Source: Ignavibacteriales bacterium (GTDB taxonomy: Bacteria > Bacteroidota > Ignavibacteria > Ignavibacteriales > SURF-24). Taken from it: a stretch of DNA of 64,000 bases. The notes under the pieces are model-generated. The model searched no databases. It was not told the origin of the DNA and worked only from the letters and a program-made list of their open reading frames with translations. The stretch is taken from the NCBI GenBank assembly GCA_026390815.1, contig JAPLFH010000032.1, forward strand, positions 56,904 through 120,903. The letters are read 5' to 3'. Of the stretch, positions 37,547 to 47,791 are shown piece by piece. The first letter of the stretch is position 1. Every line of letters starts with the position of its first letter. Position numbers and translations under genes: made by a program.

Positions 37547-39994
37547 CTATCTCTCGATCCAGCTTGATCTTCCGGTCTTAAAGTTTGGCGCAGTAATAAT
37601 GAAAGGATAATCTTTAATTACCGTGCTGTTCCAGCTATCTGTATTATCGGAAAGATCCTGTCCCTGCCAGCTTTCATCACTTAATATTTCAAGAGTGGAA
37701 TTACCTGTTTCAATTTGCGAGATTAAATTAAATCCTGCAGAACCGGTGCGGTTGTAATTCTTAACTTCAACAACAATTTCGTTTTCACCTTTCTTCAGAT
37801 ATTTTGCAATATCAAGAAATTTAATTCTTTTATACTCACTCCAAAGCGAAAGAGAGCGTCTTGCATAAACTTCGTCAACAAAATTTCCGTTGATGTAAAG
37901 TTTAGCATACGTATCCCCCAAAAGCTGAAGATGTGCTGTTTGCGGAATTTCTGATATTGTAAAATTCTTTTTGAATCGTGCCGACCTGGAAAAGGTTGTA
38001 TCGCCAGTTTTAACATAAATCCATTTGCTGGCTAACTGCGGATTCTTTAATTCACCATCTGTTACTTGGTTTTTTGTTTCTTCAAAGTAACTAATAAGCC
38101 GGTTGAATTTATCTTCAATCATCCAAAGATTTTCCGGCTTGTAATACTTCAACCAGATAAATTTATATTCATCTTTTAATTTTTTAAGCGAAGAAACATT
38201 CTGGTCAATCATTTCTTTTAATTCTTCCGAATTCTTCTGTTTGTTAAGCATAAACTCATTTAATTTTATTTGAGTTTGCAATTTATCTTTATACCAGTAA
38301 TCGAATTGAACCAGAAACTCCAGGATGATTAATTGATCTAAATTATTTTTAACTACGGAATGTAAATCAGTCAGTTCCTTTTCGCACTTAGGTAGAATGG
38401 TTTTGATTGATGCAATTTTTTCATCAGGTTGCATTTTAGCTTCCCACCAATTTTGAGTCCGTAATGGAAGCAGCGGATGCCGCCATGCTTCGTGCCATAC
38501 AATATAACTTGCGGGATTAGTAAACGTTTTATAAATGCTGGTTAATCGTGGATCATCAGTACCGAAGAAATCATAAAGAAAGTCATGGTAAAATTTATCT
38601 TCATCGCTGGCTTTATAATTCCATGCACATTGAGCAGACCAGGCATAACCAAAGTAGTTCAATTCTTTAAATGTTTCTGCGCCATAATCTCCCCAGTTGG
38701 AGTTTATTATTCCGGTAGAACTATTTTCAAGTCCTGCCATAATAATATTTTTAATATTCGGAATAGCGTTTGCCTGAACTGGAAAAGTTGTTTGAAAATT
38801 CCAGACCGAGGGAGAAACATAATATTCAAATCCCGCTTCCTGAAAAATTTTTGTAGAAGGATAATCACCATCAGGACGGTAATGCCAGTCAATAACAATT
38901 ATATCTTTCGGTAGTTCTTTAAGATTGTCTTTATGATTCAGGAGTTCGTCGCCATACATTATAACTTTTTTGCCATACTTCTTAACAATTGCATACACTT
39001 TTTTATAATGTTCCAGGTGAACCTTACCCAAACTGGATTGATCTACAAGATATTTACTATATCCTAATCCAACATCGTGACTTTCATCTGCTCCCATATT
39101 AAAATATTCTGAAGGAAATAGCTCAAAAACTTCCTTCAACATATTTTCAAGAAAAATGTAAGTCGAATCATTCGAAACATTCAAGCAAGCCGCACCGGGG
39201 AACTCGGCGTATTTCAAATATTCCTTTTGCGAAAGAATATTTTCATAATGCCCAAGTGTTTGGAAAATTGGAATGATCTCAACAAAATTTTCAGAGGCAA
39301 AGTTAACCAATTCCTTAATTTCATCTTTTGTTAACGCACCTCTTCCTTTTCCAATTGATGGATAAGATTCGAATTGAATCATATCTTCGATGTACGGCAT
39401 ATAAACGTTCATCTTATAACGGGCAAGAAAAGAAATTATCTTTTTAAAATTATCCAGTGTAGAAACCTGTCCGCGGCTTATGTCGTCGGAAATTCCTCTC
39501 ACCTTCATATCGGACCAATCAATTATTTGTATTGCGCTAAGTGGATTTTTACCGGCTTTCTCCAGCAACTGGATTAAACTCATTGTTCCGTAAAATATTC
39601 CTTTCGGTGTGGGCGCTTGAACAGTTATACCCTTTTCATCAATCACTAATAAATAACTTTCATCTAATTTTCCGGCAGGAATTATATTTTTAACCTGGTC
39701 CGGGAAATCAGATTGATTTAGAATAATATTTTTTTCTTCATTGCGGCTCTGTTCTATTTGCGCATTAATACCTGCAGATTCCATTAATGTCTTCCGGATC
39801 TTTACTGCGGAAAAATTATTCACGTCCTGTTTTTCTCCCTTCAAAATAATTTTGATGTTTGAAGTAAGATTAAAGTAACCTGCCGCGTTATTAACAATTT
39901 GCGGGGTTGGAACTATCGGTAAACTCATTTCTTCACCTTTTACAAATTGGGAAGTAACAATTAAAAACAAAATTAGTATCCAAGAATTTTTCAT
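37547..39994 (-). CDS. Secreted glycoside hydrolase family 20-like beta-N-acetylhexosaminidase with a C-terminal beta-sandwich (carbohydrate-binding-like) domain.
   Basis: Signal peptide present. VRGISDDISRG matches the GH20 R-G-x-x-D-x-SR motif. IIPIFQTLGHY matches PEIDxPGH. YFNMGADESHDVG matches the H-x-G-G-D-E catalytic region. Confidence 0.6.
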   Translation of the reverse strand: MKNSWILILFLIVTSQFVKGEEMSLPIVPTPQIVNNAAGYFNLTSNIKIILKGEKQDVNNFSAVKIRKTLMESAGINAQIEQSRNEEKNIILNQSDFPDQVKNIIPAGKLDESYLLVIDEKGITVQAPTPKGIFYGTMSLIQLLEKAGKNPLSAIQIIDWSDMKVRGISDDISRGQVSTLDNFKKIISFLARYKMNVYMPYIEDMIQFESYPSIGKGRGALTKDEIKELVNFASENFVEIIPIFQTLGHYENILSQKEYLKYAEFPGAACLNVSNDSTYIFLENMLKEVFELFPSEYFNMGADESHDVGLGYSKYLVDQSSLGKVHLEHYKKVYAIVKKYGKKVIMYGDELLNHKDNLKELPKDIIVIDWHYRPDGDYPSTKIFQEAGFEYYVSPSVWNFQTTFPVQANAIPNIKNIIMAGLENSSTGIINSNWGDYGAETFKELNYFGYAWSAQCAWNYKASDEDKFYHDFLYDFFGTDDPRLTSIYKTFTNPASYIVWHEAWRHPLLPLRTQNWWEAKMQPDEKIASIKTILPKCEKELTDLHSVVKNNLDQLIILEFLVQFDYWYKDKLQTQIKLNEFMLNKQKNSEELKEMIDQNVSSLKKLKDEYKFIWLKYYKPENLWMIEDKFNRLISYFEETKNQVTDGELKNPQLASKWIYVKTGDTTFSRSARFKKNFTISEIPQTAHLQLLGDTYAKLYINGNFVDEVYARRSLSLWSEYKRIKFLDIAKYLKKGENEIVVEVKNYNRTGSAGFNLISQIETGNSTLEILSDESWQGQDLSDNTDSWNSTVIKDYPFIITAPNFKTGRSSWIER

Positions 39995-40389
39995 GCTAAT
40001 TACTCCAGCAAAAAATGATAAGAGTTTATATTTTTCTGTAACTTTTTATTTAATGAAGGTAAAATAAACAATTGATGTTGCTATATTCAAGAAAATACTT
40101 ACCTAAATTGGCAACAACTAAAATAGTTGGGTGAAAGGGAATTCAATTCAAGACGGCAATAATTGTTCAATTGCTAAATTGTTATTTGCAATTATCTTTG
40201 GCTTTATCAAGTTGTGGCATTAGGTTAAGTATTTCTAAAATTTCCCGCCAATTTTTACGGGGAAATATTTAAATGATGTTTTTTTTAAGAACCAAAATTA
40301 ATGTAAATTTATGACTACAAAATGAAAGCTAACTAATAATACCATAAACTAAGTTTTTAACCATTTTAAAAATGTAAAAGGTGAGTCCG

Positions 40390-41184
40390 ATGACAAAGAA
40401 AATTTACATCCCGTTTTTACTCCTTCTATCAATTGCTATAATGTGGGGATGCGGAAAAGGAAAAACATCAATTACATTAGCGGGTTCTACGGCTTTTCAG
40501 CCATTTGCAGAAAAACTTGCAGACGAATACATGAAAATCAACAATAACATTAATATAACTGTTCAAGGCGGCGGCTCGGCAGTGGGTATTCAATCCGCAA
40601 ATTCCGGTGCGGCAGAAATTGGAATGGCGGATTTGGTTGTGTTACCCGCTGAAGCGAAAGCCTTAACCGCAACTGCTGTTGCACAGGATGGAATTGCCAT
40701 GGTGGTTAATCCAAAAAATAAAATTACCGATCTAACTACCGATCAGGTGCGCGATATTTTTAATGGTAAAATTTCCAATTGGAAAGAAGTTGGTGGTGAT
40801 GATATTCCAATTACAGTTGTGTCGCGAGAAGCTGGCTCAGGAACAAGATCATCGTTTGAGCAGATTGTTAAAGATGTAATTCTAAAAAAAGAAGCGTTGA
40901 TTCAGGATTCCAACGGTACTATTCGTGAGACCGTAGCAAATGACGCAAACTCAATTGGGTATCTTTCTCATGGTTTGATTAACGAAAAAATCAAAGCTCT
41001 TAGAGTTGACGGACAGGAATGTACATCAGAATCAATTCTTTCCGGAAATTATAAATTAGTAAGACCAATATATCTTCTTGTTAAAGGAAGCCTTCAAGGT
41101 GAAATAAAGAATTTCATCGATTACATTCTTTCTGCTGAAGGACAGCAAACCATTAAATCAAGTGGTCTTTTACCAATCAAATAA
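40390..41184 (+). CDS. pstS: Phosphate ABC transporter substrate-binding lipoprotein PstS.
   Basis: RBS aaaggtgag precedes the ATG at 40390. Lipobox IAIMWGC. LAGSTAFQPFAEKLADEY..., GGGSAVGIQ and SREAGSGTR are PstS family motifs. Confidence 0.85.
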   Translation: MTKKIYIPFLLLLSIAIMWGCGKGKTSITLAGSTAFQPFAEKLADEYMKINNNINITVQGGGSAVGIQSANSGAAEIGMADLVVLPAEAKALTATAVAQDGIAMVVNPKNKITDLTTDQVRDIFNGKISNWKEVGGDDIPITVVSREAGSGTRSSFEQIVKDVILKKEALIQDSNGTIRETVANDANSIGYLSHGLINEKIKALRVDGQECTSESILSGNYKLVRPIYLLVKGSLQGEIKNFIDYILSAEGQQTIKSSGLLPIK

Positions 41185-41208
41185 TATGATTTTTATCTAC
41201 CCGGGTAT

Positions 41209-42069
41209 TTGATGAAGTTGATTGGTGAAAAAGGAGTAAAACGAATTCTGATGGCAACTGCTTTTTCAGCAATTTCCGCACTGCTGTTGATTGCTCTGTT
41301 TATCATCAATGAAGGTTTACCATTTATCTTCCGGTATGGTATAAAGGATTTTCTATTTTCATCTGAATGGCAGCCACAGTTAGGTAAATTCGGTATCTAT
41401 CCCATGATTGCGGCTTCATTATGGGTTACTTTTGGTGCAATGATAGTTGGTGCACCATTAGGAGTTGCCGGAGCATTATTCCTTAGTGAATATGTTCCGC
41501 GTTCAGTAATGCGAATTGTTAAACCAATAATTGAACTCCTGGCAGCTATTCCATCGGTCGTTTATGGATTTATTGGAGTGATGGTACTTGCTCCGCTTAT
41601 CCGAAACTATTTTGGAGGACCAGGTCTCTCGCTTTTAGCAGGTTCCATCATCCTGGGGATTATGATTCTTCCAACTGTTATCAGCATTTCAATCGATTCA
41701 ATTTTAGCTGTTCCGCAATCCTACCGGGAAGGTTCATTAGCACTTGGCGCTACAACATGGCAAACCATTCATATGGTTACAATCAGAGCGTCTAAGTCTG
41801 GAATTATCGCAAGTATTATTCTTGGAATGGGTCGTGCCATTGGCGAAACGATGGCTGTAATTATGGTCGCAGGAAATTCTGTAAACTTTCCGCATTCAGC
41901 TTTAGATTCTGTAAGAACATTAACGGCAAATATTGCTTTAGAGATGAGCTTTGCCACTGGTGTCCATCGCGAAGCCCTGTTTGCAACCGGAGTTGTTTTA
42001 TTTGTTGGAATAATAATACTTAACTCGATAGCCAGTGTTGCATTAAGAAAGAGGCTGGTAAAGAAATGA
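41209..42069 (+). CDS. pstC: Phosphate ABC transporter permease PstC.
   Basis: Six or more TM segments. EAA-like loop ...SYREGSLALGATTWQTI.... Position in the pst operon. Confidence 0.85.
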   Translation: MMKLIGEKGVKRILMATAFSAISALLLIALFIINEGLPFIFRYGIKDFLFSSEWQPQLGKFGIYPMIAASLWVTFGAMIVGAPLGVAGALFLSEYVPRSVMRIVKPIIELLAAIPSVVYGFIGVMVLAPLIRNYFGGPGLSLLAGSIILGIMILPTVISISIDSILAVPQSYREGSLALGATTWQTIHMVTIRASKSGIIASIILGMGRAIGETMAVIMVAGNSVNFPHSALDSVRTLTANIALEMSFATGVHREALFATGVVLFVGIIILNSIASVALRKRLVKK

Positions 42070-42902
42070 GAATTCACCCGCGATATACACAAAGAGGTGC
42101 TGTTGCTATTTTGGGCGGAGCAACTGTCTTAACGCTGATGATTTTAATTTTCATCATCTTCTTTATTTTGGAGAAAGGTTTACCCGTCATCAGCCTAAAG
42201 TTTCTAACTAGTAATCCAGAGGAGATGGGCAGAGCCGGTGGAATTTTTCCAACCTTACTGGGTACTATTTTATTGCCGTTACTGGCAATTATTATTGCTA
42301 CTCCACTTGGAATTTTCACCTCGGTATATCTTTCTGAATATACCAGAGAAACAAGAGCAACTAAAATTATTCGCTTCGGAACAGATTGCCTTGCCGGCAT
42401 TCCATCAATCATTTTTGGTTTATTTGGATATATCTTTTTTGTAATTACGCTTGGATTCGGATGGTCTATTCTTTCCGGCGGATTAACATTAGCTGTAATG
42501 ATTTTGCCAACAATTATTCGTACTTCGGAAGAAGCGATAAGAGCAGTACCAAAATCTTACCGCGAAGTAAGTTTTTCTTTGGGCGCTACAAGCTGGCAGA
42601 CAGTTAAAAAAGTTATTTTACCAAATGCCTTACCCGGCATTGTAACTGGAATTATGTTAAGCATTGGTCGCTCTATTGGTGAAACTGCTGCGGTGATATT
42701 TACAGCAGGCTCATCGTTACGAATTCCCACTTCACTTCTCGATTCAACCCGAACGATGGCGGTTCACTTTTACATTTTGGCGCGGGAAGGTATTTCTTCA
42801 GAAAACGCATACGGTACTGCCGCCGCACTTATAATTGCTGTGCTTTTAGTTAATCTTACTGCTTACTGGTTAATGAACCGGTTCATTGCAAAGAGAAGTT
42901 AA
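42066..42902 (+). CDS. pstA: Phosphate ABC transporter permease PstA.
   Basis: 4-bp overlap with pstC. TM-rich. ...SYREVSFSLGATSWQTV.... Confidence 0.85.
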   Translation: MRIHPRYTQRGAVAILGGATVLTLMILIFIIFFILEKGLPVISLKFLTSNPEEMGRAGGIFPTLLGTILLPLLAIIIATPLGIFTSVYLSEYTRETRATKIIRFGTDCLAGIPSIIFGLFGYIFFVITLGFGWSILSGGLTLAVMILPTIIRTSEEAIRAVPKSYREVSFSLGATSWQTVKKVILPNALPGIVTGIMLSIGRSIGETAAVIFTAGSSLRIPTSLLDSTRTMAVHFYILAREGISSENAYGTAAALIIAVLLVNLTAYWLMNRFIAKRS

Positions 42903-42918
42903 ATTTATTGGTTATTTG

Positions 42919-43674
42919 ATGAGTACAAAATTCAACATACAAGATCTTAATTTTTATTTTAACAAAGAGAAAGTTTTAAAACAAATTACCTTTGAGATTC
43001 CCTCGAATAATATTTTGGGAATCATAGGTCCAGCCGGTTCCGGCAAAACTACTTTTTTGCGCGCGTTAAACCGCATGAATGATCTGGAAACTGGCTCACG
43101 AATAGAAGGCAAAATTCAATTAGATGGAATAGATATTTATCAACCGGATTACGATGTGGTTGCATTACGGAAAAAGGTTGGGATGGTCTTTGCAATGCCG
43201 GTTCCTCTGCCGATGAGTATTTTTGAAAACGTTGTTTATGGTCCAAGGTTATCCGGCATTAACGATAAAAAACTGTTAGAAGAACTGGTGGAAAAAAGTT
43301 TAACAGCGGCTTACCTTTGGGATGAAGTTAAAGACAGATTGAAGACATCGGGAATGCGGCTTTCCGGCGGGCAACAGCAACGGCTTTGTCTTGCACGTGT
43401 ACTTGCAATGGAACCCGATGTAATTCTTCTTGATGAACCTTGCTCTGGTTTAGATCCAATTTCTACAGCTAAGATTGAAGATGCTTTAACTGTATTAAAA
43501 CATGAATACACAATAATTTTAGTTACAAACAATACAAAGCAAGCCGCAAGAGTATCTGATAATACAGCTTTTTTTCTAATGGGAGAATTAATTGAAATTG
43601 GAATAACCAGGCAAATTTTTACTGCACCAAAGAAAACAGAAACAAATGATTACATCACCGGAAGATTTGGATAA
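42919..43674 (+). CDS. pstB: Phosphate ABC transporter ATP-binding protein PstB (canonical).
   Basis: Walker [10 protein letters not shown]. Signature [13 protein letters not shown]. Walker [19 protein letters not shown] is PstB-specific. The likely start is the ATG at 42919 (MSTKF). Confidence 0.9.
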   Translation: MSTKFNIQDLNFYFNKEKVLKQITFEIPSNNILGIIGPAGSGKTTFLRALNRMNDLETGSRIEGKIQLDGIDIYQPDYDVVALRKKVGMVFAMPVPLPMSIFENVVYGPRLSGINDKKLLEELVEKSLTAAYLWDEVKDRLKTSGMRLSGGQQQRLCLARVLAMEPDVILLDEPCSGLDPISTAKIEDALTVLKHEYTIILVTNNTKQAARVSDNTAFFLMGELIEIGITRQIFTAPKKTETNDYITGRFG

Positions 43675-43676
43675 GT

Positions 43677-44450
43677 ATGGATAGTTTATTAGCACCTACA
43701 AATAAAATTGAAGTAAGCAACCTGGATTTATACTACGGTAAATTCCAGGCTTTAATATCCGTTGATCTCTCAGTTCAGAAAAATATAATTACAGCTCTGA
43801 TCGGTCCTTCCGGTTGTGGTAAATCAACATTGCTGCGCTGTCTGAACAGAATGAACGATTTGATCAACGGAGTTAAAATAACCGGTAGTGTTCTTCTGGA
43901 TGATACTGATATTTATAATTCATCATTGGAAGTAACTGAACTAAGAACAAGAGTTGGTATGGTTTTCCAGCGACCGAATCCTTTTCCTCTCTCGATATAT
44001 AATAATGTAGTTTATGGTTTAAAAGTGGCTGGAGTCCGAAACAAAAATAAATTAAATGAAATTGCAGAAAAAAGTTTAAACGGTGCCTGGCTTTGGGATC
44101 AGGTTAAAGATAAACTTGATCAATCTGCTTTGGAATTGCCATTAGATCAACAGCAGCGCTTGTGTGTTGCAAGATTATTAGCTGTGCAGCCGGAAGTTAT
44201 TTTGATGGATGAACCATGCTCGGCGTTGGATCCAATTGCAACAATGAAAATTGAAGAACTGATGATTGAATTAAAGAAGAATTATACAATCGTAATTGTA
44301 ACGCATAATATGCAGCAGGCATCGCGGGTTTCCGATTATACGGGATATATGTTATTAGGTAAGATGATTGAATTCAACAACACAAAAAATATTTTTACCA
44401 GACCAGCCCAAAAGCTAACCGAAGATTATATTTCCGGTAAATACGGATAA
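43677..44450 (+). CDS. Second PstB paralogue with a degenerate ABC signature (LPLDQ instead of LSGGQ).
   Basis: Walker [10 protein letters not shown], Walker [12 protein letters not shown] and H-loop VTHNMQQ are intact. The C-loop reads [14 protein letters not shown]. Confidence 0.85.
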   Translation: MDSLLAPTNKIEVSNLDLYYGKFQALISVDLSVQKNIITALIGPSGCGKSTLLRCLNRMNDLINGVKITGSVLLDDTDIYNSSLEVTELRTRVGMVFQRPNPFPLSIYNNVVYGLKVAGVRNKNKLNEIAEKSLNGAWLWDQVKDKLDQSALELPLDQQQRLCVARLLAVQPEVILMDEPCSALDPIATMKIEELMIELKKNYTIVIVTHNMQQASRVSDYTGYMLLGKMIEFNNTKNIFTRPAQKLTEDYISGKYG

Positions 44451-44747
44451 AGCGAATTTCACTTTTATCTCAATCCTAATCTTGACCTTACTAAGTTACA
44501 AATTTTTATTAAAAGAGCAGGATTAAGATTTTGGTCCAGATTCCTTAAATAAATACTTGGTAAAGTTAATTATTTAACCAACAATTCCATGATGTTCTTT
44601 AAGATAACGAAGTTGTGGCTAAGGCGCAGCCCAGAACTACAATGCAGACTTGTTAATTAAATTTTTAATTAGAACAAACTTTCTTCCACAAACTATGCTA
44701 CACAACAAAGCCGAAACGGAAGAACTTGTTAGGTGCATTTATTATTG

Positions 44748-46523
44748 TTAAAAGAGTTCTGCTTGTATTGGGACTAAATTCTTATTTGATATCTTTTCTA
44801 GAATATTTTCAAACATTTGTATAGTAATTTGTTCACAAAGGTTATTATAGTTTGTTCTAGTTAATTGCTCAAAATAGGTGAAGGGGATATTATTCAAGAT
44901 TGCGACAAGATCAATTCTCATCAAAATATCTTTTGTAATAACTCTTTTAGAATCAAAAAATATTAGAGAGTTAAAAAATTCTTGTGTGGTTTCGTGATTC
45001 AATGCTAGAAGGATTATAATTGCGTCAATGATATTATCAAAACCAATGAAATAGCAAGTATCATCTAACATAATAGTTCTATTATTTAAAGGAAGTATAA
45101 GTGAAAATTTGGTCTGTTTGTATAAACCAGAAATTGCAACTTTATATTTATAAAATGAATACTCGCCTATTCCGAAAATCGAGAAGGAAGTTTTATCTTT
45201 ATAAATTTTTGATTTTCTCGCATCAAAGTATTCTTTATTACTTTCTAAGTATGTAAACGTTTGAGGATATTTTTCAGCAATATAAGATGTGTCTTCTCCT
45301 ATTTTTTTCTGAGTTATAATAGTATACTTTCGTGTTGTATCAATTACATCTTTATTAAGGTCAGAACTTTTCAGCAATCCATAAACTAAATCTTCTTCAA
45401 GAAAAACTTCTTCATTATTTTGGTTAAGGAAATGATTATTAATTTTTTCTAATTCCATTATTTTGGAGCAATCGTGTTTTACTCCTTGTCGCCAAACCAA
45501 AGTAGATTTACCATCATATTTTTTATATCTGTGATATGTGTTGATGCTAGATACAAATTTACCATCCACATAGCCAAAATAATCTTTTGATTTACCGTTA
45601 GTATCATAAATTGAAGAACGAAGACATTGATATTCAGGTTCAGAATTTAATCTACAGTAAAATAAAGAAGCATCGGCAGAAACATTAAATTCTTTTTTGG
45701 CGTCTATACTTAGTTGTGAGATGTTGCTAATTCTAAATCTATTATAGTTCTGATCATTAATAAGGTTTTTTACAACAATGTTCTTGAGTAAAAATGCAAA
45801 TTCACCATTGACATTTGAAAAGGCTTTCAACAACATTAAGCTAATATATTCAGCAATATCAAAATTGCCTTTCCCGGTTATTGCCTCAAATCCATTATGC
45901 CCTTTAAAATTTGATTTCTTCGGTAAATTATCAGAATTAAGTATTCCTAATTGAGTATTTGTAACCCAGGGAGGATTTCCTACAATGAGTAGCAAATCAT
46001 TGTTGTCTAATTTAACTATCTCGTTTAATTGCAGATCGAAAATATTTTGATGTAAATATTCAATGTGAGGAACGGTTCTGTCTGTTGAGTTCAGAAAATG
46101 ATCTAAAATGTTAAACTTAGAAATCCAAATATATGGTTTGTAGATTTCTATGCAGTAGAATTTTATAAAAGTAGTTGTTTGTTTTAAAACTGCTAGTATG
46201 AAATTTCCCTTTCCGCAAGTTGGTTCAAGAATAACAGTAGGGATAAATTTATTTTCTAAAATTCTACGTATTACTAGGTCAGCCAATGATTTAGGTGTTT
46301 GAAAATCACCATACTCAATTCGACTATCATCTTTTACTAAATTTTGATGGGATTTGAGTCTGTTTTTAACTTTCAAAAAATCTTCATCGGAAGGGAAAAA
46401 ATCCTTTATACCACAAACTGAATATATTTTCTCATTCGCATTTTGATAATTTTGTTCTAAATATATGTTCTCCTCAAAAAAACTATAAATTTTGGAACTT
46501 ATTGATATCTTATTCATTTCCAT
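44748..46523 (-). CDS. Type II restriction-modification system DNA methyltransferase (gamma-class N6-adenine/N4-cytosine; motif I then NPPW) with a C-terminal target-recognition region.
   Basis: VILEPTCGKGNFILAV (motif I, xLEPxCGxGxF) followed by LLIVGNPPWVTNT (motif IV). 14-bp overlap with the upstream nuclease gene. Very AT-rich. Confidence 0.75.
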   Translation of the reverse strand: MEMNKISISSKIYSFFEENIYLEQNYQNANEKIYSVCGIKDFFPSDEDFLKVKNRLKSHQNLVKDDSRIEYGDFQTPKSLADLVIRRILENKFIPTVILEPTCGKGNFILAVLKQTTTFIKFYCIEIYKPYIWISKFNILDHFLNSTDRTVPHIEYLHQNIFDLQLNEIVKLDNNDLLLIVGNPPWVTNTQLGILNSDNLPKKSNFKGHNGFEAITGKGNFDIAEYISLMLLKAFSNVNGEFAFLLKNIVVKNLINDQNYNRFRISNISQLSIDAKKEFNVSADASLFYCRLNSEPEYQCLRSSIYDTNGKSKDYFGYVDGKFVSSINTYHRYKKYDGKSTLVWRQGVKHDCSKIMELEKINNHFLNQNNEEVFLEEDLVYGLLKSSDLNKDVIDTTRKYTIITQKKIGEDTSYIAEKYPQTFTYLESNKEYFDARKSKIYKDKTSFSIFGIGEYSFYKYKVAISGLYKQTKFSLILPLNNRTIMLDDTCYFIGFDNIIDAIIILLALNHETTQEFFNSLIFFDSKRVITKDILMRIDLVAILNNIPFTYFEQLTRTNYNNLCEQITIQMFENILEKISNKNLVPIQAELF

Positions 46524-47190
46524 TAACTTTATCTACTATCCTTATAATTCCGTCAACTTTGTCTTTTAGCATAACAATTCTACCATATTGCAATCGCCAT
46601 TGCAAGGCATTGCTTATGGTAAGATATCCTTGGACCGGAGTGTTTTTAAGTATTTCTTCAGCTAATTGATTTAACGTTATTTCATCAGCCGGTATGTTTC
46701 TATCCATAAGATAACCAATTATGTCATCTGAGTTTGCTTTATTTTCAATCATCTGCCGTAATGATAATGTTGTTTGATAATCTGCCGTTCTTTCTTTTTT
46801 AATAAACGTACAACTTACGAAATCTAGTTTTGCAACTTTGTTAATCGGATCATCTTTCTTATCATATATGAACACCAAAATATTATATCCAAGACCGTAA
46901 ATTTTTTGTTTTGCAAATTTAAATGGGCAAGATGATTGAGGTTGTTTAATCGAAGTTACTTTTATATCAGTGTAAATTTCTTCAGAAGGAAAATCAATTC
47001 CATTAGCGGAAGAACCTTTTGTGTAGATGTACTTCTCATCTAAATAATTACCAAACTTATGCTCAATAAAAGTTCCTACAGCTTTACCATCCGTTACACC
47101 ATACAGGTCTGCGTTATCATAATTTGACTCTTGATTGCAAAATAATTTCGCTTCTTCAATAAGTTTTTCTATTGTCAATTTTTCTTTCAT
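46510..47190 (-). CDS. Putative Type II restriction endonuclease (PD-(D/E)xK-like), first gene of the restriction-modification operon.
   Basis: ...GIDFPSEEIYTDIKVTS... fits ID...(E)...DxK. Length 226 aa. Translationally coupled to the methyltransferase. Confidence 0.5.
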   Translation of the reverse strand: MKEKLTIEKLIEEAKLFCNQESNYDNADLYGVTDGKAVGTFIEHKFGNYLDEKYIYTKGSSANGIDFPSEEIYTDIKVTSIKQPQSSCPFKFAKQKIYGLGYNILVFIYDKKDDPINKVAKLDFVSCTFIKKERTADYQTTLSLRQMIENKANSDDIIGYLMDRNIPADEITLNQLAEEILKNTPVQGYLTISNALQWRLQYGRIVMLKDKVDGIIRIVDKVNGNE

Positions 47191-47389
47191 CTTTTCCTCA
47201 ATATTCTATAGATTATTCGTGTATTAAAATACAATTATTTAGTAAAAAATGTTTCTATTAATTGTGCATCTAACATTATTCTAAGTCGGCATTAATTGCA
47301 AACTTGTAATTGCAATTGATTAAAGCCGTGTTTAATATTGCATTTAGAAAATCTTGTAATGCAATTTTCAAATAATTTGGAGTATACTC

Positions 47390-47719
47390 ATGGACCACAA
47401 TTTAATCACCACAGCATTTGCCATTGATGGTTACCGTGTAAAACAAAACCTTGGGGTTGTTAAAGGTATAGTTGTTCGTTCAAGATCAATATTCGGAACA
47501 ATAGGCGCCGGGCTTCAAACGCTTTTTGGTGGAAACATCACTCTTCTTACAGAACTTTGCGAAAAAACACGCCGGGATTCTTTTGAGATGATGCTTAAAC
47601 ATGCCGAAGAAATCGGGGCGAACAGCGTTATAGGTTTCCGGTATGATGCAAATGAAGTAATGTCCGGAGTTACAGAAGTTCTTGCCTATGGAACAGCGGT
47701 GGTTTTGGAAAAAATGTAG
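47390..47719 (+). CDS. YbjQ/UPF0145 (DUF74) family protein.
   Basis: Characteristic 109-aa sequence ...[38 protein letters not shown]...[10 protein letters not shown]... Confidence 0.75.
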   Translation: MDHNLITTAFAIDGYRVKQNLGVVKGIVVRSRSIFGTIGAGLQTLFGGNITLLTELCEKTRRDSFEMMLKHAEEIGANSVIGFRYDANEVMSGVTEVLAYGTAVVLEKM

Positions 47720-47734
47720 AATGTATAATTCATA

Positions 47735-47770
47735 ATGTATAATGAGGATAAATTTTTCCTCATTATACAT
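47735..47770. terminator. Bidirectional terminator hairpin atgtataatgagg-ataaattttt-cctcattatacat, the second copy of the 24880 element.
   Basis: 13-bp perfect stem between the convergent genes 47390..47719 and 47792..50281. Confidence 0.65.
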
Positions 47771-47791
47771 TTTACATTCTTCATTATAAAA

